From contig OY969695.1 in NCBI GenBank assembly GCA_963701965.1, forward strand, positions 3,712,001-3,776,000: 64,000 nt of DNA, read 5' to 3'. Made by a program: the position numbers and the translations under genes. This document shows positions 19,250 to 28,744 of this stretch, one piece after another. The stretch's first letter is position 1, and the number at the start of each line of letters is the position of its first letter. Under the pieces are notes generated by a model. It was not told the DNA's origin. It did no database searches and saw nothing but the letters and a program-made list of their open reading frames with translations. This DNA is from an uncultured Gemmatimonadales bacterium. GTDB lineage: Bacteria > Gemmatimonadota > Gemmatimonadetes > Gemmatimonadales > Gemmatimonadaceae.

Positions 19250-20013
19250 TGGATATCGCTCGCGTGCTTCGCACGCTGCGCGCTAACCCCAGGACGCCGC
19301 ACGCCGGGAAGTCGCGCCCCAGGACGCCGCACTCCGTCAGAGTGGCGCATCGCGCAGTCGTAGCGCGCGAAGCGCGCACGCTTTTGGTTTGGCTGGCGCT
19401 CGCCGCCATGGCGACGCCGGCTGCCGCTCAAGTGCAGGTGACGACGTCCGCCGTCGTCTCGGTGGTCTCCGATGAGATCCTGTTCGCCGGCACCACGCAA
19501 CGCACGACGGGCGTCACCATCGGCGCCGACGTGCTGGCCACACCGTTCCGCCAGACCGAGTTCCACGCGGGCGTGTCCGCCGGAAACCTGATCGCCGACA
19601 CGCCGGCCACCGACGGCCGGGGCTGGACGGACATCCAGATCGGCGGCAGCGTCTTCGCCACCAGCTGGCTGGCATTTCAGCTAGGCGGCGACGCGCGCGG
19701 CTACTCGACGCCCGCGGGCAATCAGCGGTGGCTGTCGATCTCCGCGGGTGCCGAAGCGCGGGCGCCGCTGTTCGACAACTCGGCGCAGGCGGTCTTCCGC
19801 GCCAGCCTGCTGCCGTTAGTCAGCGTCACCAACGGCATGAATCCCAACTTCGCCGTCTCCGCCGCCACCGGCATTCGCTTCCTGCGCGCCCCGCTCGCGG
19901 GCGCGGTGATGCTCTCCCTGGAGCACTACAGTTTTTCCAACACCACCCTGGGTCCGCACGCCGAGCAGGTCGCGATGCTCGGCCTCGAGCTCGGCGTGCG
20001 CTTCCCGCGTTGA
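19246..20013 (+). CDS. Hypothetical outer-membrane beta-barrel-like protein
   Basis: Signal peptide ...LALAAMATPAAAQ, alternating beta-strand pattern and C-terminal LGLELGVRF. True start may be GTG 19342. Confidence 0.65.
   Translation: MMDIARVLRTLRANPRTPHAGKSRPRTPHSVRVAHRAVVAREARTLLVWLALAAMATPAAAQVQVTTSAVVSVVSDEILFAGTTQRTTGVTIGADVLATPFRQTEFHAGVSAGNLIADTPATDGRGWTDIQIGGSVFATSWLAFQLGGDARGYSTPAGNQRWLSISAGAEARAPLFDNSAQAVFRASLLPLVSVTNGMNPNFAVSAATGIRFLRAPLAGAVMLSLEHYSFSNTTLGPHAEQVAMLGLELGVRFPR
19287..19332 (+). repeat. 16-bp direct repeat, 30-bp period
   Basis: CCCCAGGACGCCGCAC at 19287-19302 and 19317-19332. Confidence 0.8.
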
Positions 20014-20022
20014 CGCGCGGCG

Positions 20023-21150
20023 CTACCGCGTCGCGACGTGCACCGTCACTGACATCCCCGGACGGAGCGGACGCTCCGGACCCAGATCCCGCGTCACGCG
20101 AATCCGCACCGGGACCCGCTGCACGACTTTCGTGAAGTTACCGGTGGCATTGTCGGGCGGCAGCAGCGCGTCCTTCGCCCCCGTCGCGGCGCTCAAGCTC
20201 TCGACCACGCCCTCGGCGGTCGCGCCGTCGTACGCGTCGACTTCGAACGTGACCTTCTGCCCCACGCGGATGTGGTCGAGCTGCGTCTCCTTGAAATTCG
20301 CCGCCAAGAAGGCGCCCGTATCGGTGACAATGTTGAACAGCGCCTGACCAGGCTGCACGAGCTGACCCGGCTCGATGGCCTTGTGGTTCATGATCCCGCT
20401 CGCCGGCGCCGCGATCTTGGCATAGGAGAGCTGCAGGACCGCGTTATCCAGCGACGCCTGCGCGCCCGCCAACCGCGCTGCCGCCAGCCGCACGCCCGCC
20501 TGCGCGTTCGACACCGTCGCCACGCCCGCCGCCGACTGCCTCTCGGCCGCCAATAACGTCGCCTGCGCGCCATCCGCCGCCGCCTGCGCGGCGTCGAGCT
20601 GCTGGCGCGAGACGATCTGTTTGGCGACTAACTCCTGCAGGCGCGCCAGGTCGGCCTTGGCCTTGTCGTAGTTGGCCTGCGCGGCCACGATCTGGGCGTC
20701 CGCCGCCGCGCTCTGCTGCGTCGCGGTCTGCACCAGGGCCACCGCCTGACCCGTGATCGCGTGCGAGCCCGTCGCGGTCGCCGCGGCCGCCAGGTCGGCT
20801 TTGGCCAGCTCGACCCGCACGTGGTATTCCGAGGTGTCGATCAGGACGGCCGGCGCGCCTTCGTTCGAATGGGTGTTCTCATCGGCGTACACACGATCGA
20901 CATAGCCGCCGACCTTGGCCAACACCGGAATAATGTGTCCGTCCACCTGCGCATCGTCCGTCGTCTCGTGGGCGCGGGAGTAGTTCCACGTCTTCACGCC
21001 CCAGATGATCCCCAGGACGCCGAGGATGGCGACGATGGGAAGCAGAAACCGGCGCTTGTTTGGCGCGGCCTTGCCCTTTGGCGGCGCCGTCGCCGTTTCC
21101 GTTTCAATGGTGGCTTCTCGGGGACGCTCGGGGCGGGTGATCGTGGCCAT
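20023..21150 (-). CDS. HlyD/EmrA family periplasmic adaptor (membrane fusion protein)
   Basis: ETTDDAQVDG, ANFKETQL and LLPPDNATGNFTKVVQRVPVRI (EmrA-type signature). Confidence 0.93.
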   Translation of the reverse strand: MATITRPERPREATIETETATAPPKGKAAPNKRRFLLPIVAILGVLGIIWGVKTWNYSRAHETTDDAQVDGHIIPVLAKVGGYVDRVYADENTHSNEGAPAVLIDTSEYHVRVELAKADLAAAATATGSHAITGQAVALVQTATQQSAAADAQIVAAQANYDKAKADLARLQELVAKQIVSRQQLDAAQAAADGAQATLLAAERQSAAGVATVSNAQAGVRLAAARLAGAQASLDNAVLQLSYAKIAAPASGIMNHKAIEPGQLVQPGQALFNIVTDTGAFLAANFKETQLDHIRVGQKVTFEVDAYDGATAEGVVESLSAATGAKDALLPPDNATGNFTKVVQRVPVRIRVTRDLGPERPLRPGMSVTVHVATR

Positions 21151-21181
21151 GGGTCAGGTCTACAGTTGAGGCTCGAATCGC

Positions 21182-22522
21182 TTACGGGAGGTCCTGCACC
21201 GCGCCGGTCGCCTGGGCGAGCGCGACCCGCGCGGACTGGTACTGCGACAGCGCATCGATCTCGCCGGTGCGCGCGCTATTCAGATCAATGAAGGCCGTGA
21301 TCACATCCGCGTTGCCGGCGACGCCGGCGCGAAAGCGCTCGCGCGCCTGATCGACTTCCTGCTGGGCGAGCAGCAAACGCTCGCGCGCCGCGCCCACCTG
21401 CTGGCGCGCCGAGTTGAGATCGAGGTAGGCGCCGCGCACCTGGATGGCGATCTTCTGCCGCAGGTCGTGCCGCCGCACCTCGATCTCCCGGACCGCCGCG
21501 TGCTGCTCCTCGAGGCGCGACTCGCGCCCAAGACCGTCGAAGATCGGCATCGAAACCTGGAGCGCCCACGTGTAGGTGTTGAGCAAGTTCTCGTACCGCG
21601 TCCCGTCAGCCGCGTACGATCCGCCGATGCTGAACGACGGCAGCCGCTCGGCGCGGGTCGCGGAGATCTGGCGTTCCGCGGCCTGCAATTGCAGGTCGGC
21701 GGTGCGCAGATCGGGGCGCCGGTGCAGCGCCTGCTCGACCGCCGTCGTCTCCACCGGCAGCGTGTCCAGGAGCGGGAGCGTCTGGAGCGAGTCGCTGAGC
21801 GTCACGCGCGCGGCCAGCGGCAGACCCAGCGACCGGAGCAGGTCGAGCTGGGCCCGGTCGAAGTCGTTCCGCGCCTGAATGATCTGCGCGCGCACCGTCG
21901 CGAACTGGGACTCCGCGCGGGTGACGTCGAGCGCAATGCCCACGCCCGCCGACAACTGGTCCCGCGCGATCTGCAGCAGATCGGCGGCCAGCGTCGAGTC
22001 GGCCAACCGGGCGCCCAAGAGCGCTTGCGTGGTCTGCGTGTGCAGGTAGCTGTCGGCCGCCACGTTCGCGGCCGAGTCGGCCTGGTTCGACGCGTCGGAC
22101 TCCGCCGCCCGCTCGCTCGCCTGGGCCGCCCGGATCCGCGCGATCGCCCCGAAACTGAACAGGGTGTCGACCGCCAACGCCTCGTATGTGATCTCGTGCA
22201 CCGGGCCAATGATCGCGCCCGTTGGCGGAAAGAGGTTCTGTCCGTTGATCTCGAAGTTGAAGCCGAACAAGGGCGCCGTGTTGAACGTGCGCTCACTCTG
22301 CGGCACACCGCGGCCGATGACCGTCGGGAGCAGCAATGCGCGCTGCTCGCGGACGCGGGCTTGCGACTGTTGCGTGCGGGCGCCGGCCTGCTGGGGCCCG
22401 GCCGCCTGGTGCGCGGCCAGCCGCGCGGCGCTGCCCAGCGTCAGCGGTGGGACGGCGAGGGTGTCCTGGGCCGCGGCCAAGCCGGGCGCGAGGAGAATGG
22501 CAAAGAGAAGAGAGCGCGTCAT
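21182..22522 (-). CDS. TolC family outer membrane efflux protein
   Basis: Start reassigned to [11 protein letters not shown] (22522); signal peptide; two OEP repeats, [20 protein letters not shown]. Confidence 0.9.
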   Translation of the reverse strand: MTRSLLFAILLAPGLAAAQDTLAVPPLTLGSAARLAAHQAAGPQQAGARTQQSQARVREQRALLLPTVIGRGVPQSERTFNTAPLFGFNFEINGQNLFPPTGAIIGPVHEITYEALAVDTLFSFGAIARIRAAQASERAAESDASNQADSAANVAADSYLHTQTTQALLGARLADSTLAADLLQIARDQLSAGVGIALDVTRAESQFATVRAQIIQARNDFDRAQLDLLRSLGLPLAARVTLSDSLQTLPLLDTLPVETTAVEQALHRRPDLRTADLQLQAAERQISATRAERLPSFSIGGSYAADGTRYENLLNTYTWALQVSMPIFDGLGRESRLEEQHAAVREIEVRRHDLRQKIAIQVRGAYLDLNSARQQVGAARERLLLAQQEVDQARERFRAGVAGNADVITAFIDLNSARTGEIDALSQYQSARVALAQATGAVQDLP

Positions 22523-23154
22523 TGTAAAGCGCGGAAGAAAAAGTCTTCGATCTCCTCCGGGAGATCGTCGGCGGAATACTGCATGACATCCGGCGCGTAC
22601 TCGTGCATGCCGCGCCACACGCAATGCGCGCTGAACATGGACATGAGCAATCGCGCCGCGACGTTCGGATCGACGGGCCGGAACTCGCCCGCCGCGACCC
22701 CGCGGCGGATCATGCCCGTGACGAGATCGCGCTTGCGCGTGACGACCTCGTTCATGTAAAACCCCACGAGCTCGGGGAAGCGCTGGAGCTCGCCGATGAT
22801 GAGGCGGACGATCGTGACCACCTGCGGCGTCCGCAGGAACGCCCAATACCCGCGCATGTAGGCGCTGAGTTGCGCCTTGGCGCTGCCCGGATGCGCGGCC
22901 ACGGCCCGCTCCTCTTCCTCGAGGCGCGCTACCAGCGTCTCGCGGACCATCTCCTTGAACAGCGCTTCCTTGTTGGGGAAGTACAGGTAGATGGTGCCTT
23001 TGGACAGCCCGGCGCGCTTGGCAATGTCCTCGAGGCGCGCCCCGGCCAGACCGTGCTCGCCAAAGACCTCGATCGCGGCATCGATGATCTGGTGCGGCCG
23101 CTCCTCGGGGAGACGGCGCCACTTCGGTTCTTGTTTTGTGTGCTCGAGAGACAT
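22519..23154 (-). CDS. TetR/AcrR family transcriptional regulator
   Basis: [47 protein letters not shown]. Confidence 0.95.
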   Translation of the reverse strand: MSLEHTKQEPKWRRLPEERPHQIIDAAIEVFGEHGLAGARLEDIAKRAGLSKGTIYLYFPNKEALFKEMVRETLVARLEEEERAVAAHPGSAKAQLSAYMRGYWAFLRTPQVVTIVRLIIGELQRFPELVGFYMNEVVTRKRDLVTGMIRRGVAAGEFRPVDPNVAARLLMSMFSAHCVWRGMHEYAPDVMQYSADDLPEEIEDFFFRALQ

Positions 23155-23168
23155 GGGCGTATGGCTAA

Positions 23169-23182
23169 TGACCGACCGGTCA
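23169..23182. promoter_or_regulatory. Candidate TetR operator
   Basis: TGACCG-AC-CGGTCA inverted repeat 14 bp upstream of the tetR start. Confidence 0.65.
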
Positions 23183-23242
23183 GTAAATACGCCCCGCAGG
23201 CAAAAAGTGCCCGTCTAGTCTATCGCGTTATCATGTCGTGAC

Positions 23243-23410
23243 TTACGACGTCGCCGCCGGGTGGGCTTCGGTGGCCTCGTAGTGACGATTCGTGATCACT
23301 ACGATCGAATACAGCAGCGCGAAGATCACGATCGCGCCGAGAATGAGACCGGTGTACGCCGGCCGCGTGTCTGGTCCGCTGTTCGGCGCCTGCTGCTGGT
23401 GTTCGGTCAT
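23243..23410 (-). CDS. Small single-TM membrane protein (55 aa)
   Basis: Not in the ORF track: MTEHQQQAPNSGPDTRPAYTGLILGAIVIFALLYSIVVITNRHYEATEAHPAATS; starts 1 nt after the cyclophilin stop. Confidence 0.7.
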   Translation of the reverse strand: MTEHQQQAPNSGPDTRPAYTGLILGAIVIFALLYSIVVITNRHYEATEAHPAATS

Positions 23411-23411
23411 G

Positions 23412-23873
23412 TCAGGCCACTCGCACCTTGGTCATGTGATCATTCTGTTTGATCTGCTTCATCACGTCCAGTCCTTCGGTGATCTTGCCGAACACCGTGT
23501 GCTTGCCGTTCAGGTGCCGCGTGTGGGACTCGTCGAGCACCATGAAGAACTGACTGCCGCCGGTGTCCTTCCCCGCGTGCGCCATGGAGAGCGCCCCCAC
23601 CTCGTGCAGGCGTGGATTTCCCTGCGTCTCGCATTTGATCATGTAGCCCGGTCCGCCGCTGCCGACGCGGGGATCACCCGGTGGGAGATCCCGCGACTGG
23701 GGGTCGCCGCCCTGGACCACGAAGTCCTTCAAGACGCGGTGAAACTTCACGCCGTCGTAGAATCCGGAATTGGCCAGCTTCTCGAAATTCGCCACCGTGT
23801 TTGGCGCATCCTGCGCATAGAGCTCGGCGACGATCGTCCCGCGGTTGGTCTCGAACGTGGCATGCTTCGTCAT
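23412..23873 (-). CDS. Peptidyl-prolyl cis-trans isomerase (cyclophilin type)
   Basis: [45 protein letters not shown]. Start ATG 23873. Confidence 0.95.
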   Translation of the reverse strand: MTKHATFETNRGTIVAELYAQDAPNTVANFEKLANSGFYDGVKFHRVLKDFVVQGGDPQSRDLPPGDPRVGSGGPGYMIKCETQGNPRLHEVGALSMAHAGKDTGGSQFFMVLDESHTRHLNGKHTVFGKITEGLDVMKQIKQNDHMTKVRVA

Positions 23874-23883
23874 GTCGGCAAAG

Positions 23884-24546
23884 CTAAACGCGAAACGCCG
23901 ACGGACACAGATCGCTGAGCACACACCCGGCACAGTTGGGCTTGCGCGCGAAGCAGACGCGGCGGCCGTGAAAGATCAACAGGTGCGAAAAGATCGTCCA
24001 ATCGCGCCGCGGCACGACGGGCATCAGGTCATGCTCGATCTTCACGGCATCGGTCTGCGCGGTGAGCCCGAGGCGCTGGGACAAACGCGTCACGTGCGTA
24101 TCGACCACGATGCCCTCGGACTTCCCGAACGCGTTGCCGAGCACCACGTTGGCGGTCTTCCGACCGACGCCCGGGAGCTCGACCAAGTCCTCCATCGTCT
24201 CGGGGACCTGGCCGCCGAACCGGTCGGTGATGGCGCGGGCGGCACCCATGATCGACTTGGTCTTGTTCCGAAAGAAGCCGGACGCCTTGATCAAGGTCTC
24301 GACGTCGTCCGGATTGGCATCGGCCAGGGCCGCCGGGGTGGGAAAGCGCGCGAAGAGGGCCGGCGTCACGGTGTTCACGGTGCGGTCGGTGCTCTGCGCA
24401 CTCAGGATCGTGGCGACCAGCAGTTGCCACGGCGAGTGGAAATCCAGCTCGGTCTTGGCGTCGGGATATTGCTTCTTGAGCCGCCGCACGATCTCCCGGA
24501 CGTGCGTCTCCAGGGCCTTGCCGCGAAAGAGCTTTACCCGTTTCAC
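23884..24546 (-). CDS. nth: Endonuclease III
   Basis: [13 protein letters not shown], Hh[15 protein letters not shown] and [4Fe-4S] [20 protein letters not shown] start at 24546. Confidence 0.95.
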   Translation of the reverse strand: MKRVKLFRGKALETHVREIVRRLKKQYPDAKTELDFHSPWQLLVATILSAQSTDRTVNTVTPALFARFPTPAALADANPDDVETLIKASGFFRNKTKSIMGAARAITDRFGGQVPETMEDLVELPGVGRKTANVVLGNAFGKSEGIVVDTHVTRLSQRLGLTAQTDAVKIEHDLMPVVPRRDWTIFSHLLIFHGRRVCFARKPNCAGCVLSDLCPSAFRV

Positions 24547-25001
24547 GCCAGTTCCACGCCCGCCGCGTGTCGCAGCCGGTCCACGATCTCGTGCAGCTGG
24601 CCCTCCGTGACGTCGATCTCCTGTGCCGCGCCGTCGACATCCAGCAATCCCGCGCGCATCGACGCGGCCAGCTGGTTCATGTACCGGACTTTGGCCAGCA
24701 TCTCCTCGGTAACCTTGCGCAAGGCGTGGAACCGGCGCTTTTCCGACAGCGCGCGCTCGTAGCGCTGTACCAGCTCGTCGCCGGTGAGCCGGCGGGCGAC
24801 GACCAGCGCCTCGTCCGGCGTCCGGCCGCAGAACGCCGCGCGGTCCGGTATGCCCGCGTCGTCCCACAATGTCTCGGTGAACCAGAGGCGGCCGACGTAC
24901 TCGATGCCATCGTGCGCCAATCGGAGACTGACATCGAACTGGCGGCCGCCGATCACGACGACCGCCACGTGCGGGGGCGCCTCGAACGCGTCTTCGCTCA
25001 C
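24543..25001 (-). CDS. Hypothetical protein
   Basis: GTG 25001 overlaps the upstream stop; reads SEDAFEAPPHVAVVVIGG...; stop overlaps the nth start. Confidence 0.7.
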   Translation of the reverse strand: MSEDAFEAPPHVAVVVIGGRQFDVSLRLAHDGIEYVGRLWFTETLWDDAGIPDRAAFCGRTPDEALVVARRLTGDELVQRYERALSEKRRFHALRKVTEEMLAKVRYMNQLAASMRAGLLDVDGAAQEIDVTEGQLHEIVDRLRHAAGVELA

Positions 25002-25882
25002 GAGCCGGCGTCCGTCGCGTCGAGAAAGGCTTCGACCGCGGTGCGCAGGGCGGCGGGTTGCTCGACATACGGCACGTGGCCGCAGTCGTCGATGACCACG
25101 AGCTCGGCGCCAAGGGCCCGCGCCACATCCTCGGACGAGGCCAGGGGCACGGGATCCTGTCGCCCGTGGACCACGAGGGCGGGACACCGCACGCTCGCCA
25201 GAGCGGCGCGCACGTCGAAGTCCCCCAGGCTCTCCCAAACGGACTGCTGGACTCGTCCCATGACGCGAAATGGGGTCAGGTCGTGGGCCCGCGCTGGATC
25301 GTGGAAATACCCGGCGACACTCAGCTCGAACGCCCGCTGGCGGTATGCCTCCGGGTCGCGATCGCGCAGCCCGGAGCGTTGCAGCTCCGCGCGCGCGGGC
25401 GCGACCCGGGCCTGCCGCGCCGCCATCGCCGTTTCGAACTCTGCACGATACTGGCGTGTCGTAGGCGCCGGGTCAATCAGGACCAGGCGCCGCGGCCGGA
25501 TGGCGCCGGCTCCCGCGGCCAACAAGGCCAGGAGGGCGCCCCAGGAAAACCCCAGAATCGACGGTTCGGGGCCCAGCGCCCACTCGTCGACCACGGCCCC
25601 CAGATCGTCGACCTGGGTGCGCCAGGTGATGGGCTGCCGGGCGTCGGCCACCGAGCGCCCGCCCCCCCGCTGGTCGTAGAAGATCGTGTCGCGCCGCTCG
25701 GACACGAAGAGCAACTGGGGCAGCAAGTACAGATGGTCGGCGCCCGGTCCGCCGTGCAGCGCGAGCAGTCGTGGTATGGCTCCCGGCGCACCCGGTGCGG
25801 GCCCATAGGCCGCCCAATACAGCGGGACCGGTGTCGATGCGGTAAAGCCGTCGGCCCGCGGCGCCGGGATGGGAATGGGCAC
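24998..25882 (-). CDS. Alpha/beta hydrolase (proline iminopeptidase-like)
   Basis: HGGPG, YDQRGGGRS, nucleophile GFSWG, HGRQD, CGHVP. Confidence 0.9.
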   Translation of the reverse strand: MPIPIPAPRADGFTASTPVPLYWAAYGPAPGAPGAIPRLLALHGGPGADHLYLLPQLLFVSERRDTIFYDQRGGGRSVADARQPITWRTQVDDLGAVVDEWALGPEPSILGFSWGALLALLAAGAGAIRPRRLVLIDPAPTTRQYRAEFETAMAARQARVAPARAELQRSGLRDRDPEAYRQRAFELSVAGYFHDPARAHDLTPFRVMGRVQQSVWESLGDFDVRAALASVRCPALVVHGRQDPVPLASSEDVARALGAELVVIDDCGHVPYVEQPAALRTAVEAFLDATDAGS

Positions 25883-25903
25883 GCGGTAATGTACTAGCGC
25901 GCC

Positions 25904-28657
25904 CTAGCGCCCGATCCAGTAGCTGTACTTGATGATGAAGATGTTGTCCGGGATCGACCGGAAAAGCTCGTTCCCGCCGTGGTTGAGCGAGAAGTCGGCC
26001 GTCAATGTGTAAAGGTTCGTGTTCGAGCGCGTTTGCTGCCAGACGAAATAAATGGTCGACCCGCGCCGGTACTCCCACCGGAGCACGCCGTTACCGCGGA
26101 GCATCCGCGTGTTGAAGTCGGGGTTCCAGATCTCGTAGGGGGTCGCGCTCCCGGCCGGGTTCACGGACAGGTCCCCATTCGGGAGCATCCGTGACGCGTC
26201 GACAGTCGTCGGCAGCTGACGCGGGTGATTGAACTCCTTGAAATCGTAGTAGTGCCCCGTGCCGAGCAGCGGCTGCGCGTACACCTGCAGACTCAGGGAC
26301 GGCGTGAACGTGATGTTGAGCCGCGTGTCCATCGACAAGGTCGACTGATGGATCGACGCGAAGAGATAGCGGTTGCCGTCGAACACGCGTGCCGATCCGG
26401 AATCCCCGCGCACCGCGGCCAGCGTGGTGTCGTATTGATTGTTGGTCCAGTACACGTCGAGCGACGGTCCGAGGCTGAACGTCACCATCGAGGCGGGCTT
26501 GAACAACAGCGTCACCCTCGGCGTCCACTCCCAGGACGGCGCGTCGAGACCATAGGAGTGCTCGACGGCGGCCGTGAGCACCACGCCCCGGCGCGCGTCC
26601 GTGCTGACGGTCGTGAAAACGTCGTTGAACCCTCGGCGCTTGAAGACGGGACCGCCGCGCGCGATCTGATCATCCAGCACGGTGGGATGGTGGAGGACGA
26701 ATGTCCCGAACTGCCAGAAATTTGGAAAGGTCATGTTGAAATTGACTTGGTACTGCTGATCGTTCATGTCCCCGTCGAAGTTGTATTGCCGCTGCGTCCC
26801 GACATCGATGTAGAGCGCGCGATACCACGAGTGCGGATGGGTCCACTGTCGCACCAGGTTTGCCCCGAACCACTGGTAGTCCGCCCGGCGCTGAAAGGCA
26901 AGATCGTTGACCTCGAATCCCGGGCTCCGGATGTTCGACTGGACTTCCCACAGCCAGTCGCCGTTGTCCTTGCCGAGCCGGAGATAGCTGCCCCAGCCCC
27001 TGAGGGATGTCGCCGTGGTGTCGTACCGGTCGTTGAAGAATCCGCCAGAGAGATCGTGCCGGTCCGGCCGCTCGAAGTAGTGGGCGCTCGACTGCATCGT
27101 GTGAGCGATTGCCGACGCGCTGCCCGCCACGTTGGACATCGCGACGCTCCCCATGAGCGAGTAGTTGCGGTGGCTCCACGTGTGCATGAAATCGACGCCG
27201 CCGGCTTCGGCGTGGGTGTGCAGACTGTCGCGCAGGGTATCGGTGTCGAGACGCCGCACCGTCGACGTCACCATCGCGCCAACGACCGTCGCACCATCGC
27301 GCAGGTCCTTTTTGATGCGTCCGACAAAATAGTTGCTCATCGGCTCGACGATAGTCCGCCAGCGCAGGGTATCGTTGGCGGGCGCGCCGATGAAATGGGC
27401 GCTCTCTTGGTTCGTGACGGCGTCGAGGAGGCCGACGGAGAATCCGTCGTGCGTGCGGCCGGTGACTTTGGCGGCGCCCAGGATCTGGGTATTCCCCGGA
27501 ATGCTGTAGTATTCCGTCGCCGGGTTGTCCAGAATGCCGCCGGACAGCTGCGGCACGCGCCCGACCCGCCGCGAGTAGAAGAGACTCATGCCCTCGACGT
27601 TGCTACAGAACTGGCAATTGAAGCCGCCGAAGTCGAAGGACTGGGCACCGGAGACGAAGAACGGCCGCTTCTCAGGGTAGAAGGTCTCGAATGGGCTCAG
27701 ATTGATGACCGCGGGGTCGAGGTCGACCTGGCCGAAGTCGGGATTCACGGTTGCATCCAGCGTGAGACTCGAGTTGATCAAGTACTTGAGGTCACCTCCC
27801 ACGCGGAACTGCTGACGATTGACGGGATCCACGGGATTGCCGCGATTGAGTCCTGTGGCCTCTTCCTGGGCCAGGGTATACGGCACGACCTCGAGCTGGT
27901 GGGGCTGATGTCCAATGGCGAGGCCGGTCAGGTGACCGAAGCGGGACGCGCCGCCGGCCTCGCTGCGCGGATAGAACGCCCACTGATCGCGCTCGTTCAG
28001 CCGATCAATGACCCGGACGATCTGCACGCCCCACGTTTGGACGCTGTCGCTCGAGTAGCGGAGCTGCGAGAACGGGATGCGGATCTCGGCAGTCCACCCG
28101 AGCGAATCGATCTTCGTGGAGACCTCCCAAATGGGGTCCCACGAGGGATCGAGACAATTCGTGCCAACCGCGAATTGGTCGCCGATGACACCGGAGGGAT
28201 TCACGTCGAAGACCGCGCGCGTGAGGTGGTCGTGATAGGGGTCCAACGTGATGGTCAGCTTGTCGGACGTGATCTGCGCGCCGGGGCCACAGTCCGGGTC
28301 CAGGAGATCGTCGCGGCGCGCCAAGCGCGCGCGCACGCCGCGCGCGCCAAGGGAGTCGTACATGCGCGCGCCGATATAGAGCGCCTCGTCATCATAGAGA
28401 AACCGAATCTCGGTCCGCTGTGTCCCGGGAGGTCCCTCGGCCGGCTGGGTCTGAAAGAACTGCGTCACCGGCATGGCCGCTTGCCACGCCGCCTCGTCGA
28501 GCACGCCGTCGAGCGTGATCGACCCGGTGAGGCGGGCCGCCTCGGCCACCGGCGGCGGCGTGAGATGCACGAAGCGCCCACCGGTCTGCGCCGCCAAGGG
28601 AGTGGAGAAGAGAAGACCGACCCAGGCACTACCCCAGGCGAAACCAGAGCGCGACAC
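25904..28657 (-). CDS. DUF5916 / CBM9-like domain outer-membrane protein
   Basis: Signal peptide; ITLDGVLDEAAW, WTAEIRIPFSQLRY, TVNPDFGQVDLD, EKRPFF, YSRRVG; C-terminal IKYSYW. Confidence 0.88.
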   Translation of the reverse strand: MSRSGFAWGSAWVGLLFSTPLAAQTGGRFVHLTPPPVAEAARLTGSITLDGVLDEAAWQAAMPVTQFFQTQPAEGPPGTQRTEIRFLYDDEALYIGARMYDSLGARGVRARLARRDDLLDPDCGPGAQITSDKLTITLDPYHDHLTRAVFDVNPSGVIGDQFAVGTNCLDPSWDPIWEVSTKIDSLGWTAEIRIPFSQLRYSSDSVQTWGVQIVRVIDRLNERDQWAFYPRSEAGGASRFGHLTGLAIGHQPHQLEVVPYTLAQEEATGLNRGNPVDPVNRQQFRVGGDLKYLINSSLTLDATVNPDFGQVDLDPAVINLSPFETFYPEKRPFFVSGAQSFDFGGFNCQFCSNVEGMSLFYSRRVGRVPQLSGGILDNPATEYYSIPGNTQILGAAKVTGRTHDGFSVGLLDAVTNQESAHFIGAPANDTLRWRTIVEPMSNYFVGRIKKDLRDGATVVGAMVTSTVRRLDTDTLRDSLHTHAEAGGVDFMHTWSHRNYSLMGSVAMSNVAGSASAIAHTMQSSAHYFERPDRHDLSGGFFNDRYDTTATSLRGWGSYLRLGKDNGDWLWEVQSNIRSPGFEVNDLAFQRRADYQWFGANLVRQWTHPHSWYRALYIDVGTQRQYNFDGDMNDQQYQVNFNMTFPNFWQFGTFVLHHPTVLDDQIARGGPVFKRRGFNDVFTTVSTDARRGVVLTAAVEHSYGLDAPSWEWTPRVTLLFKPASMVTFSLGPSLDVYWTNNQYDTTLAAVRGDSGSARVFDGNRYLFASIHQSTLSMDTRLNITFTPSLSLQVYAQPLLGTGHYYDFKEFNHPRQLPTTVDASRMLPNGDLSVNPAGSATPYEIWNPDFNTRMLRGNGVLRWEYRRGSTIYFVWQQTRSNTNLYTLTADFSLNHGGNELFRSIPDNIFIIKYSYWIGR

Positions 28658-28744
28658 GCCAGCTTGGACTCACCAAACACCGAAAAGGTTTGTTCGATCG
28701 CGCCGGTTTGCGTAGAATTGGACACCCTCAAACCCCTCGTGCCC

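Noticed and set aside
26225..28744. N-terminal 840 aa of the 1306-aa ORF, suggesting a giant amidohydrolase fusion
   Set aside because: This part is antisense to the DUF5916 gene; the real gene starts near ATG 28745 with a signal peptide.
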